Shown: one piece after another, positions 9,374 through 17,529 of the stretch | How the letters are laid out: the number at the start of each line of letters is the position of its first letter | Position numbering within the stretch: the first letter of the stretch is position 1 | From: Sumerlaeia bacterium | GTDB taxonomy: Bacteria > Sumerlaeota > Sumerlaeia > SLMS01 > JAHLLQ01 | DNA: 19,022 nucleotides | Assembly: GCA_040219255.1 (NCBI GenBank) | Contig: JAVJSW010000010.1 | Span: 1-19,022 of the forward strand | Direction of reading: 5' to 3' | Notes under the pieces: generated by a model | Told to the model about the DNA's origin: nothing | What the model saw: the letters and a program-made list of their open reading frames with translations, nothing else | The model's database searches: none | Translations under genes and position numbers: made by a program

Positions 9374-9889
9374 GCGGGCCCCCTTTCGTATCGAGACAAA
9401 AGTTATCCATCCCTTTGCCATAATATCGCCCCAGTGTCAAGGATCACTTTTCACTAACTTTCGCCTCCTTGAAATCCCGGACCTCCCGGCCCGCGCCCGC
9501 TTGTGGCTCCAAATGACGGTCGGCGGCTTCGCTTGTCGGCATCGGGGCGTGCGGAATCAGCCCCGCTCCGGGAACGGGTGTCCCGGCGGCCGTTTGGTGG
9601 TTTGGAGGCCATTCGCTGGCATCGGAGGGGTTCTTGGTTCCGGAAACAGGGGGGCGAGCGAACTCGCCGAATGCGATTTTGGTGGCTACCGTGGCACGGT
9701 TCAAAACGAACTCGTTCTTGCGCCGCCAACGCCTCACCCAATCAAAGGATTGGGGGCATTCCGATTTCGATTGCTCCTTCAGATGAGACCGTGGTGAGAT
9801 GCCCGCATCTAGGCAAGTAGCAAAAAAAGAACTCTTGGCCTTCTTCTGCCAATGGAGTTTGAAAATATCTCTGACACGAGGTCTTCTGT

Positions 9890-10519
9890 ATGCGTACCCG
9901 CACGTTGCTTTCTCACTCTATGGTGTTCGTTTTTCTCGTTTGTTGCTGTAGCTGTGCGACCATCTCCGCCACTGGAGGCAAGGACAAGTCGTACAGCGAC
10001 GCATTCGAGAAGTATCGCGCGGACCGGCCTAAGCCGAATTATCATCCTGTCGGGGTCGAAGACCTGGACAAAACTGGGGCGAGTGTCGCGGTTTTTTACG
10101 ATGAGGTCCTTACCGCTTTCGACGAATATGATGCTGCCATCGGCGCCAACCGGACTTACGTGGCCTTCCAAAACGATACCCAGGGCATGACCGAAGGAGA
10201 GCAAGACGCCTATTTCAACAGCCTGACACCGGAGCAACAAACCGACATCGAAGCAGTGGCAAACAACGAGAACGTTATGTCCAGGTTGTTGGCGGCCTCA
10301 CTGAAAATCGATGTCGCCCGTGAGTATATGGAGGAAGCTTCCAGCGCGATGGCCGCTTCTCGAAGCGGACTAGGTGTGGAATCTCTTTTCAATGCGCCTA
10401 CTATCACCAAAGCCGCCAGAAACGTGGTCGATCAGGCTGATTACAGTGTGCGCACGGTCCAGTTTATGAAGCAGAATCACGACCGCAACAAACGGTTCAT
10501 GGAGTATCAAGCGCGATGA
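9890..10519 (+). CDS. Uncharacterised predicted lipoprotein, mainly alpha-helical (209 aa)
   Basis: Basic N-terminus, hydrophobic stretch and VCCCS-C lipobox-like end; GAGG upstream; ATGA-coupled to the next gene. Confidence 0.8.
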   Translation: MRTRTLLSHSMVFVFLVCCCSCATISATGGKDKSYSDAFEKYRADRPKPNYHPVGVEDLDKTGASVAVFYDEVLTAFDEYDAAIGANRTYVAFQNDTQGMTEGEQDAYFNSLTPEQQTDIEAVANNENVMSRLLAASLKIDVAREYMEEASSAMAASRSGLGVESLFNAPTITKAARNVVDQADYSVRTVQFMKQNHDRNKRFMEYQAR

Positions 10520-11592
10520 TATCATCCTCTTGGTTCTGGCGGGCGTTCGTCCTTGCAATCTGTTTGTCATTGTCTTCGATGTTGGGCGCTTGTTCGGGCG
10601 CAAGCGCCTCTCAGGCCGGGCGCAAGGGCCTTGCTGCCGACTCTGGTGTCAGATCCGCTTCGCGGCCGGGCGACACCCAAGCTCTCCTGTCCGATCCCTC
10701 CATCCCGATCGAGTTGCCAGAGAATTACAACGAAAACAACTACCGCCGACTCAAAATGGCGGTGTTCTTCAATGATGTGAGTGTGCGGGCCGGGGAAATC
10801 AGTCCCGACATCGTAGAAACCGTCAGTGCGCGGTTGCAGACCGAGATGGCGGAACTCAAGAGATTCACGATCGAGTCGATCCACAACCGCGGCGGCATGG
10901 ATACCATGGCCGCGCTTCACGATATTGGCGAGGCCAATCTTGTTCGTCCCTCTATCGACAGCCTTCAGGCCACCGACCTCGTGCTGTCCGCCGCTGTCAC
11001 GCTGACTCGCGAACACCATGAAATGTGGGACCATGACAAGCTCATCTACGAGGTGGAAGTGGATTTCAACTGCGAGGACGTGGCGACCAGAACGGTCGCC
11101 ATAGCCGGCAAAGCCAAGGGACAATCGGTGCGCGAGCAAGCCCTGACCTTGAAGGGCAGTCGCATGGGCGGTTATAGTGACGAGGATGAGCGCCAAGCGA
11201 TTTACAACGCATGCATGCTTGCTCTGGCAAATTTCGCGCGTCAGATGGGGGGGCAGTATCCAGTGGGCGGGCGGGTCACCGGCATGCTCGGCAACCGAAT
11301 GACCGTTGACCGGGGCTTCGAGCATGGAATCACAAAGGGTATGCCGATGGTCATCTACACCACCATCAGTGGCGTCGATCTGCCGCTAGCTGTGGCATCG
11401 GCCACTCCCTCGGAGTACGACTCGAATCTGGTTGTCCAACGCTGGGAAGATCGCGATCCCTATGCTGTGGACATCGTCTCCAAAATGCGCCAGGATCCTA
11501 ATTGGCTCAGGACCAACACGCTCCACGCCGTTGCGCTGACCGCCTCCGTGCCACCCAAGTGGGAGGATCTTCCCAAGGCAGGTGAGCTGTGA
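10516..11592 (+). CDS. Lipoprotein with CsgG/HfaB-like alpha/beta domain and FlgT C-terminal-like beta domain (358 aa)
   Basis: Lipobox LGA-C26. The pattern MAVFF..VSARLQTEMAELKRFTIE..TDLVLSAAVT..YEVEVDFNCEDVATRTV matches the CsgG/TolB-N-like fold. GRVTGMLGNRMTVDRGFEHGITKGMPMVIY resembles the FlgT-C-type 'I+.G...G+..G' barrel. Confidence 0.7.
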   Translation: MISSSWFWRAFVLAICLSLSSMLGACSGASASQAGRKGLAADSGVRSASRPGDTQALLSDPSIPIELPENYNENNYRRLKMAVFFNDVSVRAGEISPDIVETVSARLQTEMAELKRFTIESIHNRGGMDTMAALHDIGEANLVRPSIDSLQATDLVLSAAVTLTREHHEMWDHDKLIYEVEVDFNCEDVATRTVAIAGKAKGQSVREQALTLKGSRMGGYSDEDERQAIYNACMLALANFARQMGGQYPVGGRVTGMLGNRMTVDRGFEHGITKGMPMVIYTTISGVDLPLAVASATPSEYDSNLVVQRWEDRDPYAVDIVSKMRQDPNWLRTNTLHAVALTASVPPKWEDLPKAGEL

Positions 11593-13115
11593 GGATGCAA
11601 GGTTTCCATTCCAGTCTTTGGCTCTTGGTCTACTGCCTGCCGCTCGCGTTGTGCGCGCCCCACGCGCGAGCCTCGGATTGCGTGCGCGAAATTTACCAGG
11701 TCGGCCTCGATCGCGGACTCTCCCAAATGCGCGGCGATTGCGAGGAAACGGGCGCTTTCGTTTTGTTTGTCGCCACAACGGGGGCCAGCGAGCACCTGTC
11801 GAGCGATTCCCAGCGCGAACTGCTCCGTTCGCTTGTTCAGCGCGAAGCCGCCCTTTTTTTAGGCCAAGACGTGAGCGCTTGGGAAGAAATCAGCGAGGTG
11901 AGTTCGACCATAGCTTCCGCCGATGGTTCCACGCGGATGGAATATGAATCACGGCTGACGAGCCTTCTGCGCACCGAAACGAAGCAATTGTTGGCGGGGA
12001 TGCGCTTCCTGCCCATGGTCCGTGACGGCCAGACCATCTCGATGGGGGCACTGGTTGCCGAGAAAGAACTCAATGCCTTCCCCGCCAGCCGGGAATTCTT
12101 CGAACGCGGACGCGACGGCGCCGTCGAAGTCGTGGCGGTCGGGGTGGCGATGGTGGTCAAGGACGGCTCGGGCGTGGACCGGATCGACGAGGCCCGCCGC
12201 CAAGCAATCAATGGCGCCCTGCGTGAAGCGATTACTCAGGTCTTGGGGACCACGCTGGCGGCCACTAACCAGGTGCACGACCTCGACGACGTGCGCTCGA
12301 AAATCTTCACGACGGCTTTTGGCTCCGTGGACCAGTACGAAGTGCTCGCCGAGAACCGTGAACAGGGAACGTACCGCGTGGAGATTCGAGCCCGGGTCAC
12401 TGAGGAAGCGCTGCTGGCAGACTATGGTAGCCTGATGGCTTCCATGGGATCGCCAGAATTCTTCGTCGAAAGTCCGGCCAGCGATGAATTGCGCCAGCGA
12501 TTCTCTTCATTCCTGGCGGATCTGCAAATCCCGATTACAGCCAAACGCGCCAGTGCCGCCTACATCATCGGACTCAATGGCTCTTTTGACCCCCTTGAGC
12601 ACCCGGTAAACCGGCGCCGGGGCACCCAACTCAATCTGCACGTTACCGTCCGCGACGCGGCCACCGGCCGCCAATTGCTCGTCGTGCAAAACAATCCGCG
12701 CTATTCCGCCGTTTTCACCGGCACCGCCGCCCGCCAGCATGACTTGGCGGCGGGCAAGGCTTTTTCCCAGATTCGTGAGGAATTGCACCAGGGTTTCCAA
12801 GACCTGCTCACCCGCATGGCCATTTCTGGAAGAGAAATCGTGGTAGTCTTTGAGAACTACAGCTCCGCCTGCCAAGACTCGCTGCCAACCATTGGCGACA
12901 GCCTGCGGATGATTCCCGGCGTCACAGACTTCGATCTCTCCGCCATGAACGAAGATCGCCTGCGGGGCGAAGTTGTCTTCAAGGTGCGATACGCGGGCAA
13001 GATAGATGTGTTGAGCGACTTATTGCGCGAAGATCTGGCCAAACGGCTAGGTCCGGAAGCATGTCCACCCAAGCTCCAATCGCAGAGCGCAAACCGCCTA
13101 GTGATGACATTCTGA
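11589..13115 (+). CDS. Secreted protein with LPP20-like and FlgT N-terminal-like domains (508 aa)
   Basis: GTG start overlapping the upstream TGA; signal peptide ending ARA-SD. About aa 179-270 reads VEVVAVGVA..ARRQAINGALREAITQVLG..GSVDQYEVLAE..YRVEIRARV (FlgT-N-like). Confidence 0.7.
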   Translation: MRMQGFHSSLWLLVYCLPLALCAPHARASDCVREIYQVGLDRGLSQMRGDCEETGAFVLFVATTGASEHLSSDSQRELLRSLVQREAALFLGQDVSAWEEISEVSSTIASADGSTRMEYESRLTSLLRTETKQLLAGMRFLPMVRDGQTISMGALVAEKELNAFPASREFFERGRDGAVEVVAVGVAMVVKDGSGVDRIDEARRQAINGALREAITQVLGTTLAATNQVHDLDDVRSKIFTTAFGSVDQYEVLAENREQGTYRVEIRARVTEEALLADYGSLMASMGSPEFFVESPASDELRQRFSSFLADLQIPITAKRASAAYIIGLNGSFDPLEHPVNRRRGTQLNLHVTVRDAATGRQLLVVQNNPRYSAVFTGTAARQHDLAAGKAFSQIREELHQGFQDLLTRMAISGREIVVVFENYSSACQDSLPTIGDSLRMIPGVTDFDLSAMNEDRLRGEVVFKVRYAGKIDVLSDLLREDLAKRLGPEACPPKLQSQSANRLVMTF

Positions 13116-13188
13116 GCCACCCCAGATTCGTTCCCCGTCCCTCCGATGCGAGAATCAGAGAACGATCATCCCGAAAGGATCGACTTTC

Positions 13189-14910
13189 ATGAAGATACTT
13201 CCCGCAGCTTTCGCGCTCCATGCACCCATTGCGGCCGCAGTCCTCGCTCTCGCCGTCTCCATCGGCTCGCAACCAGCCATCGCTCAGCAATACGGCTCCC
13301 AGAGCAATGGCTCACCGCCCAATGACTCACCGCGGGAAGACTCGCGGCTGCCTGCCTTGGCTTCACGCGCCGGGACTGACGACGGAGGAATCGCAGCCGT
13401 TATGGAAGCTCAGGCCCAACCGGCCGCCATAAACGCCCCGCTGGCTATCGAAGCCGTGGACGCACTCAACCAGTATATGGATCAAAAGGACTGGACCGAA
13501 GGATGGAACAGCGAAAAGGGCCGGTTCATGACCGTCGCCTACTCACAGTTCAATACCGAGGACCCAAGTTACGATCCGCAGTTTTTCGCCAAACGTGAGC
13601 AAGCGGCGAAACGGGGGATGCTCAACGCCAAAGCGGAAATCATCCGCTTCATCAATACAGAGATGAGTGCTTCCGAACAGCTCAAAATCCCTGGGACGGA
13701 TCTTCACGACGCTCTCAATGAGGATTTTGAGGTGGCGGAACGCAAGCTGCAAGCGCAGCAGAATACTATCTACGCCTTGATGTCGGAGGTCGACTCCGCC
13801 GAGGCCGAGGCTTTGCAGGGCGCCACCACCTCCGATCGCATCAACGCTCTCCTCGATGCCGCGATTCGCAAACTCGACGACAGTTTCGACAGTGGCGAAA
13901 TCTCTCGGGAGAAGCAGGTCCGTTATGAGAACGCCAAGAAACGTGTGCGAGAAGCCCGGGAGGAACTCAGCCGTCTCGAGGCCAAAGCTGCCGAGATGAA
14001 GGGCTCCAAGGGAGCGGAATTCAGCAGCTCGGTCGAACTGATGGCCGCCATGCCTCTGATTGGCGCCACGACCATCGTCCAGCAAGAGAGCTTCAACCCT
14101 GAGCGGGAAATGTATCAGGTGGCCCAGATTGTCTGCTGGAGCCAGAAGCTTGAAGAGGCGGCACGAGCCACACTCTCCCAGTCTCCGCTGGAGTTCGTTC
14201 CGCCCGAGAAGGGCGGCACCACGCTGACGGATTGGCTGGCATCCCAGGATCTGTCGGCTATGGTCGGTCCGCGACAATTTCTCGATGATCGCGGGCAGCG
14301 CCACTTCCTGGGAATCTCCAGCCGCGCGATCAGCAACAATGCCACGCTGGACCGCAAAAACCGCCGACTCGCCGAAGTCTTTGCGGCCCAGATGGCCGCC
14401 TTCAGTCTCTACGCCGATGTGGAGGCCTACAGCAAGGCCCAGCAGATGAGCGTGGAGCGCAACTCTGGGCGGCTCGGCGATCCCGCGGACATTCGGGCGA
14501 TGGAATCGCTGGAGGAAACCCTCTCCCAATCCTTCCAGAACAAGAAAATCCAGGGACTCAGCCGCCTCGCGAGTGAGCGGCTCGTCCATCCCCTCAGCGG
14601 TCAACCGATGCACGTCGTTGTCTATGGCATCAGCCCGGAGTCGGCGGGAGCCGCCATGGCTCTGGAAGACCGCGCCACTCAGGCCGCCATAGCCGTCAAC
14701 CGCGGACAAGCTTTCCGTCAAGGGCGCAGCGAGGCGTTACAGCAAGCTCGCCAAAGCTCGATCGACGACCCTGCCGCCCATCGTGCAGGCCAGAACGCCG
14801 GCCAATCCACTGTGCGGCGTTGGCAGCAGCAGGGGCCTTCGGACAACGGAGCCACCGGGGCACAAGGCGGCGTTGTCGGCGGCGACGCTGATGTGTCCGA
14901 TGATTTCTAA
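13189..14910 (+). CDS. Secreted coiled-coil protein with LPP20-like segments (573 aa); resembles DUF6844-type proteins from memory, unverified
   Basis: AAAGGA SD; signal peptide ending AIA-QQ; KREQAAKRGMLNAKAEIIRFINTEMSA; coiled coil YENAKKRVREAREELSRLEAKAAEMK; Gly/Gln-rich acidic tail ending SDDF. Confidence 0.75.
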   Translation: MKILPAAFALHAPIAAAVLALAVSIGSQPAIAQQYGSQSNGSPPNDSPREDSRLPALASRAGTDDGGIAAVMEAQAQPAAINAPLAIEAVDALNQYMDQKDWTEGWNSEKGRFMTVAYSQFNTEDPSYDPQFFAKREQAAKRGMLNAKAEIIRFINTEMSASEQLKIPGTDLHDALNEDFEVAERKLQAQQNTIYALMSEVDSAEAEALQGATTSDRINALLDAAIRKLDDSFDSGEISREKQVRYENAKKRVREAREELSRLEAKAAEMKGSKGAEFSSSVELMAAMPLIGATTIVQQESFNPEREMYQVAQIVCWSQKLEEAARATLSQSPLEFVPPEKGGTTLTDWLASQDLSAMVGPRQFLDDRGQRHFLGISSRAISNNATLDRKNRRLAEVFAAQMAAFSLYADVEAYSKAQQMSVERNSGRLGDPADIRAMESLEETLSQSFQNKKIQGLSRLASERLVHPLSGQPMHVVVYGISPESAGAAMALEDRATQAAIAVNRGQAFRQGRSEALQQARQSSIDDPAAHRAGQNAGQSTVRRWQQQGPSDNGATGAQGGVVGGDADVSDDF

Positions 14911-16414
14911 GTCCGATTCTGCCCCTAGGAAGCAGGCGTCATTCTTTCAGATTCTGCTGATTGTTGTCGCCATACTCTTCACGACATTCGCGGTCCGCGT
15001 CGGAATCGCCCAATCGCCAGCGTTGGAACAAGACCCGCTGCTCCATGCCGCCGACATCTTCAATGCCAGTCTAAGTGACCAACCCGAAGGCCTCTATCGG
15101 CGCCAGGGAATCCTCTTCGTTCTCGTTCGCGTACCCCGTGGTGACATCCGCTCGGACCGCCAGTGGCGAGCGCGGACGTTGCTGCGTTCGCGACAAATCA
15201 TGGTCCGCGAAGCCACGCTCTCCCACGACACGCGGACCCATAGCGTCCACTTTCCTCAAGACCTTCGGGACTTGGGCGTACGCTCCCTGGCTTCCTTAAG
15301 CTGCCCCAACAACTTCACTCCGGAGCCCAGCTTCGAATTCTCCCGCACGCGAGTACTGCAAGATGGCGCCAAGGATGGTGTCTACCTCTTCACCGTCGCG
15401 CTCTCCGAGACCGAATTCGACAACCAACTCCGCGCAGTCATGGAGGCTCGCGATGCGAGCGCCACCCCGGGGCAATGGCTTGATTGTAGCCGCAAGGGAT
15501 GGCAGATCGTCACCGCGGCGATTGCTGACGACAGGGAACTGGGACCCGAAATCCTGCACGCCGCCTTGGCCGCAGGGCTCATCGAAGATTTGCTCCTCGA
15601 AACCTCTTTGCAATACCCCGCCTCATATCGCCAAGACGCTCTGGGTCCTTCCCCAACTCCGCCGTCCTACAGCGAGATTTATCGGAACCTCCATGCGGTG
15701 GAAGCAATCTTGGCCCAATCCTCACCGTCTCCAAATCCTTCGCGAGCTTTGGAAGCACTTGAGATCCTTCCCGCCTACCCCCCCGCTTTGGCTGCCTTGG
15801 CCCTGGCTGAACTCCGGGAGAACCACCCCCTGCGGAGCGCTGCCGCAGCCCTGCGGCTGCCAACAGCGAAACTAGCCTCTGCTGGGGACACTCGCCGAGA
15901 TATTCTCGTCCGAGCCCTAGACGACATGAGTGATCGGTCCCCCCAAACTCGTGCCCTGCTCGAAGAATTCCTCCACCTCCAGGACCAACTTGCTCAAGCT
16001 TCTGCCGTCTCTTCATCCGATCGCTCGCTAGAGACTGCTCCAGCAATCCCCCTCGTACTGCAAACCTCGGGCCATTGCTTCTTCCCGCCCGCCGAACCAA
16101 GCTCCAACCCGTCAGCAGATTTCCTCGCAGCTCGACAGAGCTTTGAGCGGGGCGAGCCCTTGTCAGTCATTTCCGCTCACCTCGACGACGCCATTGCCGC
16201 CCACCCACACCACGCGGAAAGTTGGAACTATCTTGGCCGCGTCGCGGAACTCCAGGATGGCCCTCTGCTGGCCGTCTGCTTCTACACCCAAGCCCGGCTC
16301 CTGGAACCTCGCGCCTCGGTTTTCCGAGAAAACCTCGCCCGCGTTTATGAGACCCTGGGATATCCCGAGCTTGCCCGTGGCATGAAAGCCTCGCTCTTGC
16401 TCATCGCACCTTGA
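14900..16414 (+). CDS. Exported or membrane-anchored protein with C-terminal TPR repeats (about 504 aa)
   Basis: ATG 14900 overlaps the upstream stop and is followed by hydrophobic FFQILLIVVAILFTTFAV..GIA-Q. TPR-like segment AESWNYLGRVAELQDGPLLAVCFYTQARLLEPRASVFRENLARVYETLG. Confidence 0.75.
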   Translation: MISKSDSAPRKQASFFQILLIVVAILFTTFAVRVGIAQSPALEQDPLLHAADIFNASLSDQPEGLYRRQGILFVLVRVPRGDIRSDRQWRARTLLRSRQIMVREATLSHDTRTHSVHFPQDLRDLGVRSLASLSCPNNFTPEPSFEFSRTRVLQDGAKDGVYLFTVALSETEFDNQLRAVMEARDASATPGQWLDCSRKGWQIVTAAIADDRELGPEILHAALAAGLIEDLLLETSLQYPASYRQDALGPSPTPPSYSEIYRNLHAVEAILAQSSPSPNPSRALEALEILPAYPPALAALALAELRENHPLRSAAAALRLPTAKLASAGDTRRDILVRALDDMSDRSPQTRALLEEFLHLQDQLAQASAVSSSDRSLETAPAIPLVLQTSGHCFFPPAEPSSNPSADFLAARQSFERGEPLSVISAHLDDAIAAHPHHAESWNYLGRVAELQDGPLLAVCFYTQARLLEPRASVFRENLARVYETLGYPELARGMKASLLLIAP

Positions 16415-16641
16415 GATTTCGAGAAGCGGCCCCCAGCACCCAAACCGTTCAATCACATGTTGGCAATGCTACCGTCCAACATCGATATTCGACATGAACA
16501 CCGCCCGCTGATTTCCATGCGACCACCGATTCCAGAAACTGGGGGCAGACGCCTTCTTCCACCGGGGCTCCAACCACCCGCGACGCGACAGGTGACAGGA
16601 CGGAGTCGTGGGTGATGAGCAAGTGAAGCCCCCGGTGCCCC

Positions 16642-16776
16642 GCCGCGCGCCGCGAGCCGGCCGCCCAAGTCCAAATCCAAGGCAAGCCGCTGCATCTGTG
16701 CGGCCAGCGAAGAAACGTCCCATTGATCCAAAAGCAGGCCGTCCACCTCATGCTGGACGAACTCGGCCATCACCCC
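16642..16776 (-). pseudogene. Remnant of the C-terminal part of a GT4 (group 1) glycosyltransferase
   Basis: GVMAEFVQHEVDGLLLDQWDVSSLAAQMQRLALDLDLGGRLAARG matches the GT4 'G..E.V.....GLL....D...LA..+..L..D......L...G' segment; the flanks do not continue the homology. Confidence 0.55.
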
Positions 16777-16908
16777 CACACAAAGCCCAGCCGGACCCGC
16801 ACTCCCCCTCCACAAAACACCCCCGCCGCCCCCGAAGCCGCCACAGATTCCCTCGACATCCGGCCCACCTTGCGACACCCTTCCCCACAAATGTAGAAAG
16901 GAGACGAA

Positions 16909-17529
16909 GTGGTTCATTTCAAGGGGTCTTTCACCAAGGAATTCGATGGGGATGTGGGGCTGGTTTATATGTATCAGCGGTGGTATAATGGGAAGACAGG
17001 AACATTTGTGTCCAAATCTCCTGTTGTTGCTTTCATGGAGAATCCGTATGGAGCGTTTGAAGCAAACCCAGTTTCGCGCGCAGATGTTCTTGGGCAGTAT
17101 TCACACCATGTCACGCCGGGCGAAAGGTGGGTCATGCAGAAATTGTGCATGTGGAGCAAAGGGAAAATACTGCGTGGGGCAGAATCATTGAAATGTTTGG
17201 CTACAGTAGGTGATTGCTACGCGGTTGCCCATCTCGCTAGCAAAAAGAAGAGTGGCGGAGAAAATAATGCAATGCGCCATTGCGTGTGGCAGTGCTGTTT
17301 GGCAAAGAAATTTGGAGTAGGTACAGCAACGGAATTCGGAGAAGCTCACGGGGATGTTGGGCTAATGCCGTTACCAACGGATGACAGTGACACAGCGGCT
17401 GATAAAGTCAATAACAGAATAGGAAGAGGTTTTGGAGCAGGAGGAACTCCGAGAGGTGGTTCTTGCGACGATTCTTGTGTGGAAAAATGTCAAAAAGCAT
17501 GGGACAATGGCGGATTAAGGCCAAACTGA
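16909..17529 (+). CDS. Orphan Rhs module: end of Rhs-associated core plus Cys-rich C-terminal putative toxin domain (DUF6973-like motif)
   Basis: TKEFDGDVGLVYMYQRWYNGKTGTFVSKSP..NPYG..NPVSRADVLG is the Rhs core end with a DxxG motif. The C-terminal domain has NAMRHCVWQC..AH..DKVNNRIGR. GTG start with AAGGAG at 16898-16903; lower GC than the flanks. Confidence 0.8.
   Translation: MVHFKGSFTKEFDGDVGLVYMYQRWYNGKTGTFVSKSPVVAFMENPYGAFEANPVSRADVLGQYSHHVTPGERWVMQKLCMWSKGKILRGAESLKCLATVGDCYAVAHLASKKKSGGENNAMRHCVWQCCLAKKFGVGTATEFGEAHGDVGLMPLPTDDSDTAADKVNNRIGRGFGAGGTPRGGSCDDSCVEKCQKAWDNGGLRPN

Noticed and set aside
9412-9440. Sigma70 promoter for cas3 based on a perfect TTGACA
   Set aside because: TATTAT lies only 9 nt away and the hexamer at 17-nt spacing (CAAAGG) is poor, so it is not called as a feature.
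7121-9457. 778-aa plus-strand ORF
   Set aside because: Antisense shadow of cas3.
9372-9820. Short ORFs in the cas3-lipoprotein intergenic region
   Set aside because: They overlap each other on both strands, with no motifs or convincing RBS.
10516-13115. Naming the genes csgG or flgT
   Set aside because: Only fold-level resemblance; the domain architectures differ and no curli or flagellar genes are in the window.
16575-16640. Possible IS end or structured RNA
   Set aside because: No transposase, terminal repeat pair or recognisable RNA family could be supported.
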